From an uncultured Gemmatimonadales bacterium (GTDB taxonomy: Bacteria > Gemmatimonadota > Gemmatimonadetes > Gemmatimonadales > GWC2-71-9): a DNA stretch of 64,000 bases. Below, piece by piece: positions 30,880-40,421 of this stretch. How positions within the stretch are numbered: position 1 is the stretch's first letter; each line of letters opens with the position of its first letter. Where the stretch lies: the NCBI GenBank assembly GCA_963825055.1, contig CAWGSK010000008.1:53818-117817 (forward strand), in the 5' to 3' direction. The notes under the pieces are model-generated. The model ran no database searches, was not told where the DNA came from, and worked only from the letters and a program-made list of their open reading frames with translations. The position numbers were made by a program, and so were the translations under genes.

Positions 30880-30978
30880 CGAGTAGTGAGTAGCGAGTAG
30901 TGAAAAGCCCCCGGATGACCTGTCTGGTCGCGGGGCTTCCTGCGGCACGATTCGCCACTTGCTAACTCGCTATTCGCT
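30863..30978. repeat. Composite hairpin related to 29574-29669, in inverted orientation
   Basis: (TAGCGAG)n arm, then AGTGAAAAGCCCCCGG...GGGGCTT, then a (CTCGCTA)-type arm. Confidence 0.75.
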
Positions 30979-31096
30979 GTGCGCCCCTTCCTCCCACGTT
31001 CCACATTGTGCCACTCTTCGGCGTCAACCCTCCGTGGCTGCTGTCCATCCAACCCCATATCCGTTCTTCGTCTCCCGCACTCCCGGAGTTCGCACC

Positions 31097-32811
31097 ATGC
31101 CGCGTACGCGCGCCTTCCTCCTGACGGCCCTGGCCCTCGGCCTGCCCTGCAGCTCACGGCGCAGCATGGCGACGGCAGTGCTCCCCCACCAGCGCGCAAT
31201 TACTCGACTGCTCCGCTTGCCTCCACCGAGGTTGCGGAATGGCGCGGCGACCTCCAGGCCCTCGTGGCGGGAATCGAGCGCATCCATCCGGATCCGTACC
31301 ACCGGACGGACAAGGCAGCCTTCGACCGGGCCGTCTCGGCGTTCAATGATTCCATTCCCAGCCTCCCGGCTCACCGGATCGTCGTGGGATTCGCCCGGCT
31401 GGTGGCGATGGTCGGTGACGGCCACACCAGCCTCCCCCTCTATTTCAGCCGGGGGGTGGGCTTTCATATCCTCCCCTACAGGCTCGGTATCTACGAGGAC
31501 GGGGTCTACGTGGAGGCCGCCGACCGGGAGCTGGCGGACCTGGTGGGGGGGCGCGTGGTGTCGATTGGCGGCGTGCCCACGGCTGAGGCGATGGCGCGGG
31601 TGACTCCGCTCATCTCGCGCGACAATGACAACTGGATTCCCGCCGTCGCTCCGAACCTGCTGAACCGTATCGAGGTACTTCACGCGCTGGGGCTCGCGCC
31701 CGGCCTGGCGGGCACCCAACTCACCGTGACGAGGGATGGGCGCACGATCCGGCACCTGGTGGAACCGCTCGAACATCCGCAGCCGTCCGTCTTCGGGTTG
31801 CCGTTCCTTGCCCGGCTCACTCCCGACTGGGTGGACGTTCGGGATGCGGCGCCCGCTCCGGTGCCGCTCTATCAGCAGCGATACGACGACATCTACTGGT
31901 GGACCTACCTGCCCGACCGGGACCTGCTCTACATCAAGTGGGACCAGGTGCAGAACAGGCCGGCCGGTCCCTCCGCGCTCGCGACCTTCCGGGAGGCGCT
32001 CCAGTTCGCCCGGGAGCACCGGCCCGCGCGCACCGTGATCGATATCCGGAACAACACAGGGGGTAACGGTGGGCTCGTTCCGCCGGTCGTGCGCGAGATC
32101 GTCCGGACGCGCGAGGTGGACGAGCCGGGCCGTCTCTTTCTCATCATCGGACGCCGGACCTTCTCCGCGGGCCAGATGATGACCGGGATGCTCCAGCGGT
32201 TCACGAACGCCGTACTGGTGGGAGAGCCGTCCTCGGCGTTCTACAACGGCTATGCCGGCCACGAACTCCTGCAGCTCCCGAACAGCGGGATCGGGGTCAT
32301 GGTATCGCCGGACTACTACCAGATGGGAGACTACCCCCGGGATCCCAGGCAGCAGGCAACGCCCGACCTTGCCGCCGTTCCCTCCTTCGCTGACTACGCG
32401 GCGAACCGCGATCCCGCCCTCGAAACGATCCTCGCCTGGAAGCCCGGCGAACTCGGGCGGGACGTGCTCGAGGCCCTGGCCCGGGGAGACACCACCGCGG
32501 CGGCAGCGCTCGTCGACGAGTACGATGCCCGACCGGTGAACCGCTTTCGGGATGCCTCGCCGGAACTGAACGCCGTGGCCTACGGGCTGCTGCGCGGGGA
32601 CCGGGTTTCCGAGGCGGTGTCGGTTTTCGAACTGAACGTGCGGACCCATCCCCGGTATGCCAATGGGTGGGACAGCCTGGGCGAGGCCTACGTGAAGGCC
32701 GGGCGCCGGGAGGACGCGATCCGGGCCTTCCGGCAGGCGCTGGCGATCCAGCCGGGGCTGGCGCCGTCAGTCCAGTGGCTGCAGCAGCTGGAAGTGCGAA
32801 GTGAGAAGTAA
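31097..32811 (+). CDS. Exported S41-peptidase-like protein with C-terminal TPR; single-base frameshift at ~31146 within the signal peptide
   Basis: 'DGHT', 'IDIRNNTGGN', 'TFSAG', 'VGEP', TPR 'NGWDSLGEAY'; signal 'MPRTRAFLLTALALGLP' after GGAG is in a different frame. Confidence 0.75.
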
Positions 32812-32819
32812 GAAGGAGG

Positions 32820-33923
32820 CTATGGCGTTCCGGGGAGGGCAGGGGGCGTGTCGGCGGGCTCCGTGAAGAACCGCTGCGCCCACAATGAGACGTAGACCAG
32901 CCCCACGAGCACCGGGACCTCGATCAGTGGCCCTACGACCGCCGCCAGTGCCTCGCCTGAGGCCAGGCCGAACGTTCCGATAGCCACCGCGATGGCCAGT
33001 TCGAAGTTGTTTCCCGCCGCTGTGAAGGCCACGGAGGCACTGGTCGCGTAGTCAAAGCCCAGTCGCTTCGAGAGCACCAGGGCCAGCCCGAACATCACCA
33101 GGAAATACACGGCCAGCGGCGCGGCAATCCGCAGCACGTCGAGCGGAAGCTCGAGGATCCGGTCGCCCTGCATGGCGAACATCAGGACGATGGTGTACAG
33201 CAGGCCCACCAGCGCCGTAGGCCCGAACTTCGGCATGAACTCCTTCTCATACCACGTCTCTCCCCGCCGCCGCACCAGGAGGCGCCGGGTGAGGTAGCCC
33301 GCCAGGAGGGGCAGGCCGAGGAAAAGCAGGACGCTCCGGGCGATCTCCCACATCGAGACGTCGAGCGTGGCGCCGGAGAAGCCGAACCAGCCCGGGACGA
33401 CGGTCAGGAAGAGCCAGCCGAGCAGCGAGTAGGTCAGGATCTGGAAGACGGAGTTGAGCGCCACCAGGACGGCGGCGAGCTCGTTCGAGCCGCGTGCCAG
33501 CGAGTTCCAGATCAGCACCATCGCGATGCAGCGGGCCAGGCCGATGAGGATCACGCCGTTGCGGTAGGCGGGCAGGTCCGGAAGGAACAGCCACGCGAGC
33601 AGGAACATGACCAGCGGCCCGATGATCCAGTTGAGGGCGAGCGAAGTCCCGAGCAGGCGCGTGTTGCGCGCGTGGGCGCCTACGCTCTCGTACCGGACCC
33701 GGGCAAGCACGGGGTACATCATCCAGAAGAGGCCGATCGCGATGGGTACGGAGACGCCGGCCACCTGGACCCGGTCGAGCAGGGCGCCGAGGCCGGGCCA
33801 CAGCCGCCCAAGCCCGAGGCCACCCACCATCGCCAGCAGGATCCAGAGCGGTAGCAGGCGGTCGAGGCGGGAGAGGCGGCCCCCAGGCCGGGCCGCGATG
33901 GCAGCTGTGGTGTTCGGCGTCAT
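32820..33923 (-). CDS. acr3: ACR3-family arsenite efflux transporter
   Basis: 'MMYP', 'NWIIGP', 'GLARCIAMVLIW', 'GNNFELAIAVAI', 'GPLIEVP'. Confidence 0.93.
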   Translation of the reverse strand: MTPNTTAAIAARPGGRLSRLDRLLPLWILLAMVGGLGLGRLWPGLGALLDRVQVAGVSVPIAIGLFWMMYPVLARVRYESVGAHARNTRLLGTSLALNWIIGPLVMFLLAWLFLPDLPAYRNGVILIGLARCIAMVLIWNSLARGSNELAAVLVALNSVFQILTYSLLGWLFLTVVPGWFGFSGATLDVSMWEIARSVLLFLGLPLLAGYLTRRLLVRRRGETWYEKEFMPKFGPTALVGLLYTIVLMFAMQGDRILELPLDVLRIAAPLAVYFLVMFGLALVLSKRLGFDYATSASVAFTAAGNNFELAIAVAIGTFGLASGEALAAVVGPLIEVPVLVGLVYVSLWAQRFFTEPADTPPALPGTP

Positions 33924-34014
33924 GTCCGGCCGTTTCCTCACGTGGGTTGCCCGGGGCTCCAGCGGAAACAACGGGGTCCGGGTGTGGTGGCAAACCTGTC
34001 CGGAACGTGAGGTC

Positions 34015-34043
34015 TTGACAATAAGTGTTATAACACCTATTTA
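34015..34043 (+). promoter_or_regulatory. Sigma-70 promoter TTGACA-N17-TATTTA with perfect palindrome GTGTTATAACAC (likely MarR operator)
   Basis: -35 at 34015, palindrome at 34025-34036, -10 at 34038, 6 nt before the marR ATG. Confidence 0.7.
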
Positions 34044-34049
34044 TGATCC

Positions 34050-34514
34050 ATGACACCCCTGCAGCAAGAGATCCGACAGGCGAAGCCGTTCCGGGGCCCG
34101 GAGCACGAAGCGGTGCTCAGCGTTGCCCGGACCGCGGCACTGCTCGAGCACAACACCGCGGAGGAGCTCAAGCCGCATGGCCTGACCCCCACGCAGTACA
34201 ACGTGCTCCGGATCCTTCGCGGCGCCGAGCCCGAGGGCCTCGGACGCAATGCCGTCCGGGACCGCCTGGTCTCCCCGGTGGCGGATGCCACGCGCCTGCT
34301 GGACCGCCTGGTGGACATGGGCCTTGTCGTGCGGGCCCGGGGCGGGGAGGACCGCCGCGTAGTTCGTTCCCGGATCAATGCGCGGGGGCTGGCGCTTCTC
34401 GCGGAGCTGGATGGCGTCATGGACGCCCTTCACCTCCGTCAGGTCGGCCATCTGGGGGCTGAAAAATTGCGGCAGCTCAGTGCACTGCTCGCGGAAGCAC
34501 GGGAGGCCCTGTGA
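34050..34514 (+). CDS. MarR-family regulator
   Basis: 'GLTPTQYNVLRILRG', 'TRLLDRL', 'EDRRVV'. Confidence 0.9.
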   Translation: MTPLQQEIRQAKPFRGPEHEAVLSVARTAALLEHNTAEELKPHGLTPTQYNVLRILRGAEPEGLGRNAVRDRLVSPVADATRLLDRLVDMGLVVRARGGEDRRVVRSRINARGLALLAELDGVMDALHLRQVGHLGAEKLRQLSALLAEAREAL

Positions 34515-34606
34515 CTGGCATCATGTCCGGGGCTCGTGACGCAGCACAACGTGAGGTTTCCACCGGGACGACTGACCGTCCCGTTCACCATAGCAGGAGA
34601 GTACCC

Positions 34607-34660
34607 ATGACTGCTTCCACCACGCGCGAACCGCCGCACATCGGCGGCCTGACCTCATGA
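34607..34660 (+). other. 17-codon mini-ORF (MTASTTREPPHIGGLTS) coupled to the downstream gene
   Basis: AGGAGA RBS; stop overlaps the next ATG (ATGA). Confidence 0.35.
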
Positions 34661-35526
34661 CTACTCAGGGGAGCCACCGCCTGCCGGATACGACGCATGT
34701 CGGCACCGTGCGCCTCCAGGTTTCCGACCTGGAGCGCTCGCTGGCGTACTACGAGCAGGTTCTCGGCCTGGCGGTGGTCTCGCGCGGGTATGGCGAGGCC
34801 GGACTAGCCGGCCAGGGCGGCGTGGAACCAATCGTCGTGCTTCACGAGAAGCCCGGCGTGGCCCCGGCGCCGCGGCGCGGCCGGCTGGGCCTGTATCACT
34901 TTGCCATCCTCGTCCCGGACCGCGCCGCGCTGGGCGGGTTCCTGGCGCACCTCGCCGCTCACGGGATCCATCCCGGCATGGCCGACCACCTCGTGAGCGA
35001 GGCGCTCTATCTGTACGATCCCGACGGCCTTGGCATCGAGGTCTACGCCGACCGCCCCCGCGAGCAGTGGCCGTACCGCGACGGGCGGCTCATGATGGCG
35101 TCGGACCCGCTGGACATCGAGGGCCTGCTCGTGGACGCGACGGCCCCGTGGACAGGCATGCCGGCCGGCACCGGCATGGGTCACGTACACCTGTCGGTGG
35201 ACGACCTCGGGTCGGCCGAGCGCTTCTACCAGCGCGACCTCGGGCTTGCCGTCACGACGCGGGACTATCCGGGGGCGCTGTTCCTTTCGGCCGGCGGCTA
35301 CCACCACCACCTGGGCACGAATACATGGTCCCGTGGGGTGCAGGCGGCGGGGCCCGGGGATGCGAGGTTGATGGAATGGGAACTCCGGCTGCCGGATTCA
35401 GCCGGGGTGGACGCGGCCGCGGCCGTGCTTGCCGCGGCGGGCCATGCTGTGACGGAGCACGATGGCGCGGTGGTCGTCACCGACCCCTGGGGCGTGGACG
35501 TCAGGCTCAGGAGCCCTGCTGGGTAG
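34657..35526 (+). CDS. VOC-family dioxygenase (CatE-like catechol 2,3-dioxygenase)
   Basis: 'GLYHFAILVP', 'DHLVSEALYLYDPDGLGIEVYADRP', 'GHVHL', 'GGYHHHLGTNTW'. Confidence 0.88.
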   Translation: MTTQGSHRLPDTTHVGTVRLQVSDLERSLAYYEQVLGLAVVSRGYGEAGLAGQGGVEPIVVLHEKPGVAPAPRRGRLGLYHFAILVPDRAALGGFLAHLAAHGIHPGMADHLVSEALYLYDPDGLGIEVYADRPREQWPYRDGRLMMASDPLDIEGLLVDATAPWTGMPAGTGMGHVHLSVDDLGSAERFYQRDLGLAVTTRDYPGALFLSAGGYHHHLGTNTWSRGVQAAGPGDARLMEWELRLPDSAGVDAAAAVLAAAGHAVTEHDGAVVVTDPWGVDVRLRSPAG

Positions 35527-35621
35527 GTGACGGTGGCCAGCAGGCCTGATGGAACCCGGCAGGAACCGATTCCGTAACGGGGAGTGTCGGCCTGACTCCT
35601 CCCTCTCCTCGTGAGCCTCCC

Positions 35622-36374
35622 ATGCGCCTCCTCAGGACCATCGTCTGTCTTGGCATTCTGCTTCCAGCCCCTCTCCACGCCCAGGACAGCGTCCGCGTCG
35701 CGGCCGGCAGTTCCCTGGTGGACGGCTCGACCCTGCTCGCCGGTGTTGACACGTTTCAACTGCTGGTCCGGCAGCCGGACGGTGGCGAGCGCTCCATTTC
35801 CAGATTGATCCGCTCCGTGGAACGCACCGGGACCGGCCACTGGCGCATCGTACAGCGGTACACCTCGGACGGCGGCGAGAACGTGGATACGTCCGTGGTC
35901 AGGGCCGGTGACCTTGCGCCGGTGTCCTATGTCGCGGTCCTGCAGGATGCCGAACAACGTTTCCAGTTCGATGGAACGGTGGTGCAGGGGACGGTCTCTC
36001 CGAAGGACAGTGCCAGCCGGGACGTCCACTTCACGTTCGACGTCCCCGTATTCAACTCGGTAGTGGACGAGGAAGTGATACGCGCCCTGCCGCTGACTCC
36101 CGGGCTGGTGGCGATCATCGAGGGGTACAATCCGCCGTGGCCTCCCGCGCCGCGGCCGACGGTCATCCGGGTCACCGGCACGACAACGGTGCAAACCGCC
36201 GCGGGGCTGGTGGACGCCTGGGAAATTTCCTATGCCGGCGGCGGGGCGCCGACCACACTGTGGCTGTCCCGCCGGGATGGCAGGCTTCTCCGGCTCCGAT
36301 CGGTACTGCGCCAGGGCGCGGTCTTCTGGAAGATCCCGGTTCGCGATCTCGACGCCTGGCGGGCCGGGCAGTAA
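35622..36374 (+). CDS. Exported hypothetical protein
   Basis: Signal peptide ending 'PLHAQ'; beta-rich sequence. Confidence 0.6.
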   Translation: MRLLRTIVCLGILLPAPLHAQDSVRVAAGSSLVDGSTLLAGVDTFQLLVRQPDGGERSISRLIRSVERTGTGHWRIVQRYTSDGGENVDTSVVRAGDLAPVSYVAVLQDAEQRFQFDGTVVQGTVSPKDSASRDVHFTFDVPVFNSVVDEEVIRALPLTPGLVAIIEGYNPPWPPAPRPTVIRVTGTTTVQTAAGLVDAWEISYAGGGAPTTLWLSRRDGRLLRLRSVLRQGAVFWKIPVRDLDAWRAGQ

Positions 36375-36477
36375 GCCATCCGGCGCTGTCCTTTCCGGCA
36401 GGTCGGCAGGCCGTCGCGGAATTGATCACGGGAAGGAAGTCGAACTGGGGAGCGGATGTTGACCCCGCCGGCCGGTG

Positions 36478-36927
36478 TCAGGCCGGCTCTACCTTGACCG
36501 AAATATCGAGTCCCTTCCTGAGACTTCCCGTCACGATGCAGTAGTCCTCGAACACCTCCAGGCACCGGTTGATCCGCTGCCGGTCTTCCAGCGCGATGTC
36601 GGGCGCGAGCCGGACCCGGACGGGTCCGACGCGGAGGCGTCCGGCCTCGTTGCGGACAAGTGTACTCTCCACCCGGATGGTCATGCCGGCGACCGGCACG
36701 CGCGACTTGGCCAGGCAGAAAAGCAGGCTCGCACCGAGGCAGTGACCGATGGAAGACACGAGGAGGCGTGCGGGATTGGGCCCGCGCTCCTCGCCGATGG
36801 GTGGAAGCTCATCCACCAGGATCGGGGGCAGGTCGGTCGCGGGGTATTCGACCGTGAAGGCGTAGCCCTCGTCGAGAGTGAGCTCCACGACGAAGGGCTC
36901 GGGGGCGTTCGGGGCAGTGGGGGTCAT
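36478..36927 (-). CDS. OsmC-family protein
   Basis: 'GPNPARLL...GHCL', 'EDYCIVTGSLR'. Confidence 0.8.
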   Translation of the reverse strand: MTPTAPNAPEPFVVELTLDEGYAFTVEYPATDLPPILVDELPPIGEERGPNPARLLVSSIGHCLGASLLFCLAKSRVPVAGMTIRVESTLVRNEAGRLRVGPVRVRLAPDIALEDRQRINRCLEVFEDYCIVTGSLRKGLDISVKVEPA

Positions 36928-38486
36928 GGCTGTTCTTTCGGAACTGGCCTCAGGTCGAGGTCCTGGAAATCGAAACTGAAGTCCACCGAGGGTGAGGCGG
37001 GAACGATGCGCACGCGGTCTATCGTTCCCTCCGGCGTGAGCGCGAAGGTCACGAAGGCATCCGCGCGGAGTTCGCGGTCATCCCAGTGGGCGAGGAACGT
37101 GTCGTACTGCCAGTGACGGAGGTCTCCGACGAGCGAAGGCGTATGCGCGAAGCGGATCCGGAGTCCGTCGCCTTCCTTCGTCACGACCACGTCGCCATAC
37201 CACGGGTCGCGGTACGTGCCGGCGTAGCCGTCGAGCGGCAGGGCGGGGGTGGACATGCTGTCGCGGGTGGCTGCGGCTTCGGCGTCACCGGCAGCCGTGG
37301 CGGAATCGGCCCGCGCGATCACCGTCCGGAATCCAGTCCTCCAGTCCCACTTCTCGCCGAGATAGTAGTCCAGGATCCGGAGGTAGACCGGCTCCATGGC
37401 CACGGATTCCATGTTCGTGAGCACGGCGATACCGAGCTTCTGCTCCGGCAGCATGGCCACCCGGGAGATGTAGCCCGGCAGGCCACCCGTATGGGCCACG
37501 AGCTTGTGCCCCCGGTAGTCCCGTACCTCGAACCCGAGCGCGTAGCCGCGGAAGTTGGTGGCCAGCGGGGCCAGCTCGGGTGCGGGCCGCCCGATCGGCT
37601 GCGGCGTCACGATGGTCCAGAGCTGGCGGGTGAGGCTCGCGGGGAAGAGGCGCCCGCCTGCCACCCGCCCTGAATCGAGCTGGACCATGAGCCACTTCGC
37701 CATGTCGGTCGCGCTGGCATTGATGCCGCCGGCCGGATTGGTGTTGTCGCTGTCGAACGGCTTGATCGGCCGGACCGTCCCTTCCACGCGTGCGTGAGGC
37801 GTGGCGATGTTCCCCCCGCCGGCGGCATCACTGTGGCGGACCTTGCTGTCGGTCATCCCCAGAGAGTCCAGGATCCGCTGCTGAACGAACTGCTCCCACG
37901 TCTGTCCGCTGACCGACTCGATGAGTTCCCCCGCAATCAGGTAGAGCACGTTGTCGTAGGCATAGGAGCTCCGGAAACTCGTCGCGAGCGGGATGTACCG
38001 GAGGCGCCGTGCGATCTCCTTCCGGTCATAGGTGGACGACGGCCACCAGAGCAGGTCGCCGGCACCGAGTCCGAGGCCGCTCCGGTGGACCAGGAGGTCA
38101 CGGACCGTGAGCTGGCTGGTGACGTAGGGGTCGGACAGGCGGAACCAGGGGAGGTAATCGATGACCGGCTTGTCCCAGGCCAGCTTGCCTTCGTTGACCA
38201 GGAGGCCAAGCGCCGTGGCGGTGAAGGCCTTCGTGTTCGACGCGATCCCGAAGAGCGTGTGGGCGTCGACCGGCTGCGGCTCGCCCAGGGTGCGGACACC
38301 GTATCCCCGCGCCACCACGACCTGGCCGTCCTTGACGACGGTGAGCGCGAGACCGGGCACGTCGTAGTCTGCCATGATCTGCTGGACGTAGCGGTCGAGA
38401 TCGGGTGGCGGTGCCGGGCGCTGGGCGACTGCGGTGCCGGCCACGATGGCCAGCAGGGGGAATGCCAGGAGGGCAGAGCGATTCAC
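36924..38486 (-). CDS. Serine hydrolase (beta-lactamase-like) with C-terminal DUF3471-like domain
   Basis: SxxK 'ASNTK', YxN 'YDN', 'HTGG', 'YAGTYRDPWYG'; signal peptide after GTG. Confidence 0.88.
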   Translation of the reverse strand: MNRSALLAFPLLAIVAGTAVAQRPAPPPDLDRYVQQIMADYDVPGLALTVVKDGQVVVARGYGVRTLGEPQPVDAHTLFGIASNTKAFTATALGLLVNEGKLAWDKPVIDYLPWFRLSDPYVTSQLTVRDLLVHRSGLGLGAGDLLWWPSSTYDRKEIARRLRYIPLATSFRSSYAYDNVLYLIAGELIESVSGQTWEQFVQQRILDSLGMTDSKVRHSDAAGGGNIATPHARVEGTVRPIKPFDSDNTNPAGGINASATDMAKWLMVQLDSGRVAGGRLFPASLTRQLWTIVTPQPIGRPAPELAPLATNFRGYALGFEVRDYRGHKLVAHTGGLPGYISRVAMLPEQKLGIAVLTNMESVAMEPVYLRILDYYLGEKWDWRTGFRTVIARADSATAAGDAEAAATRDSMSTPALPLDGYAGTYRDPWYGDVVVTKEGDGLRIRFAHTPSLVGDLRHWQYDTFLAHWDDRELRADAFVTFALTPEGTIDRVRIVPASPSVDFSFDFQDLDLRPVPKEQP

Positions 38487-38593
38487 GTCTAGGCTCCCAT
38501 GGGGTGAGGAGATCCGGACCCGGAAGCTAGGCGCCACCCGGTCCGGCACAAAGTTCCTCCGCCGTTCTTCGACGCCGGCCAGCTCCAGGTCAT

Positions 38594-38950
38594 CTAGCCC
38601 GCGCGGCCGCTGAGACGCGGCCTCCCGGCGAGTTCCTGCCGCCGTGCTTCCAGTTGGCGTTCCAGCCGGCCGCACACCAGGTCGCACAGCTGCAGCACAT
38701 CCTGGTCCGCCAGGCGGTACCAGGCGTGCAGCCCTTCCTTGCGTCGCTCCACGAATCCCATCCCCAGCAGGACACGCAGATGGCGTGAAAGGTTTGCCTG
38801 GGACAACCCGGTCTGCTTCACCAGTGACGTGACCGTCGCCTCGCCCTGCCGCAGGGTCTGCAGGATCTGAAGGCGGCTCGGCTCGGCCAGGGCCTTGAAC
38901 CGGTCAGCCACCTGGTGCAGTAGCCTGGGGGTCAGAAGCGTGTGTGCCAT
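38594..38950 (-). CDS. ArsR/SmtB-family regulator with C-terminal CxxxC
   Basis: 'FKALAEPSRLQIL', 'SQANLSRHL', 'LCDLVC'. Confidence 0.9.
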   Translation of the reverse strand: MAHTLLTPRLLHQVADRFKALAEPSRLQILQTLRQGEATVTSLVKQTGLSQANLSRHLRVLLGMGFVERRKEGLHAWYRLADQDVLQLCDLVCGRLERQLEARRQELAGRPRLSGRAG

Positions 38951-39003
38951 CGATTTCCTCACAGGAGTGAGCGGTCGCGCGGCCGCGGGTCTCCGCGCTT
39001 GCA

Positions 39004-39025
39004 TATATAAGTACTTAATTATATA
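39004..39025. promoter_or_regulatory. AT-rich inverted repeat TATATAA-N8-TTATATA, candidate ArsR operator
   Basis: Lies between divergent arsR and tolC genes in otherwise GC-rich DNA. Confidence 0.55.
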
Positions 39026-39062
39026 CTGATGCGCAACCCGTCTCCCTGGAGCGGATCGGATC

Positions 39063-40421
39063 ATGAACGTTCGGATACTGCTTTTCCTGCTGTTCACTTC
39101 GCTGGTTCCCGGCGCGTTACCGGCGCAGACACTCACCCTGGGCGAGGCGATGGCCAGGGCCGATGACCATGCCTGGGCCAACCGCATGGCAGCCGGCGAG
39201 GTCACCGCCCGCGCGGGGGTGGCCGACGGCGCCTTCCGTGGGATCCTGCCAACCCTGCGGGTCGAGGGTGGATGGATGAAGACGACGGATCCCCTCTCCG
39301 CGTTCGGGATCCTCCTGCGACAGCGCACCGTCACCCAGGCCGCGTTCGATCCTGCCCGGCTGAACGATCCAGCGGCGATCGCAAACGTCTCCGGGGCCAT
39401 CGTGGTCGAACAGCCGCTCTTCAATGCCGATGCGTGGCTGGGCCGGAAGGCAGCCTCAAGGGCCACGGCCGCTGCACGTGCGTCGGAATCCTGGACCCGC
39501 ACCGGCACGAGCCTGGACGTGGTACGGGCCTACTACGGGGCAATCCTCGCCGGCGAGCAGGTCGCGGCCCTGGGGGACGGTTACCGGGCGGCGGCCGCCC
39601 ATCAACGTCTCGCGGAAGCAATGCACCGCAATGAGCTCGTCACGCGCGCGGACATGCTGCTGGCCTCCGTCAGGGCCGGGAGTGTCGAGGCCGACCTCGC
39701 GGGTGCCCGGGGCGACCATCGCCTGGCGCGAAGCAGGCTCGCCCTCGTGATGGGCGCGCCTGCTGATACCGCATTCACCCTGCCGGACGCGCTTCCGGAT
39801 ACCGCAGCCATCCTCCGCCTCGCCGCCCGGACCCTTCCCGGCGAAGACCCAGGTATGCGGGCGGATGTTCAGGCGGCGGCCAGCGCGCTGGAGGCTGCCC
39901 GCTCCGACGTGGCGCGCGCCTGGTCGCTCTACCTCCCGCGAGTGAACGGTTTCGGCCGACTGGAGTGGAATGCGCCCGACAGCCCGTTTGCGGGCCACGA
40001 ATCCTGGACCATCGGCGTGATGGTGAGCTGGTCCCCGTTCGCGGGAGGTTCCGAACTGGCCGAACGTCGCATGGCGGAGGGACGGCGGGAAAGCGCCCAG
40101 GCGGGGTACGAGGCCGCGCAGGCCCAGGCGGATCTCGAGCGACAGCAGACGGCCAGCGACCTGGAGGTTGCCCTGACCCGCATGAGCATCGCGGCCCGCT
40201 CCGTCGCCCAGGCTGAGGAGGCACACCGGATCGTCACCCGTCGGTACGAGGGCGGCCTTGCGACGGCGGTCGAACTCTTTGATGCAGCGGCACAGGAGAC
40301 CCGGGCCCGGCTGGAATCCGCGGGAGCCCGCTATGCCGCCATCCTCGCGGTGGCCCGGGGGGTCCGGGCGGCCGGCGAGGATCTTTCACCACTGGCTGCA
40401 CTCGATGTGTCGGGGGAATAG
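39063..40421 (+). CDS. TolC-family outer membrane protein
   Basis: Signal peptide; 'EQPLF', 'RADV', 'RYEGGLAT..EL'; first gene of a tripartite efflux operon. Confidence 0.88.
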   Translation: MNVRILLFLLFTSLVPGALPAQTLTLGEAMARADDHAWANRMAAGEVTARAGVADGAFRGILPTLRVEGGWMKTTDPLSAFGILLRQRTVTQAAFDPARLNDPAAIANVSGAIVVEQPLFNADAWLGRKAASRATAAARASESWTRTGTSLDVVRAYYGAILAGEQVAALGDGYRAAAAHQRLAEAMHRNELVTRADMLLASVRAGSVEADLAGARGDHRLARSRLALVMGAPADTAFTLPDALPDTAAILRLAARTLPGEDPGMRADVQAAASALEAARSDVARAWSLYLPRVNGFGRLEWNAPDSPFAGHESWTIGVMVSWSPFAGGSELAERRMAEGRRESAQAGYEAAQAQADLERQQTASDLEVALTRMSIAARSVAQAEEAHRIVTRRYEGGLATAVELFDAAAQETRARLESAGARYAAILAVARGVRAAGEDLSPLAALDVSGE

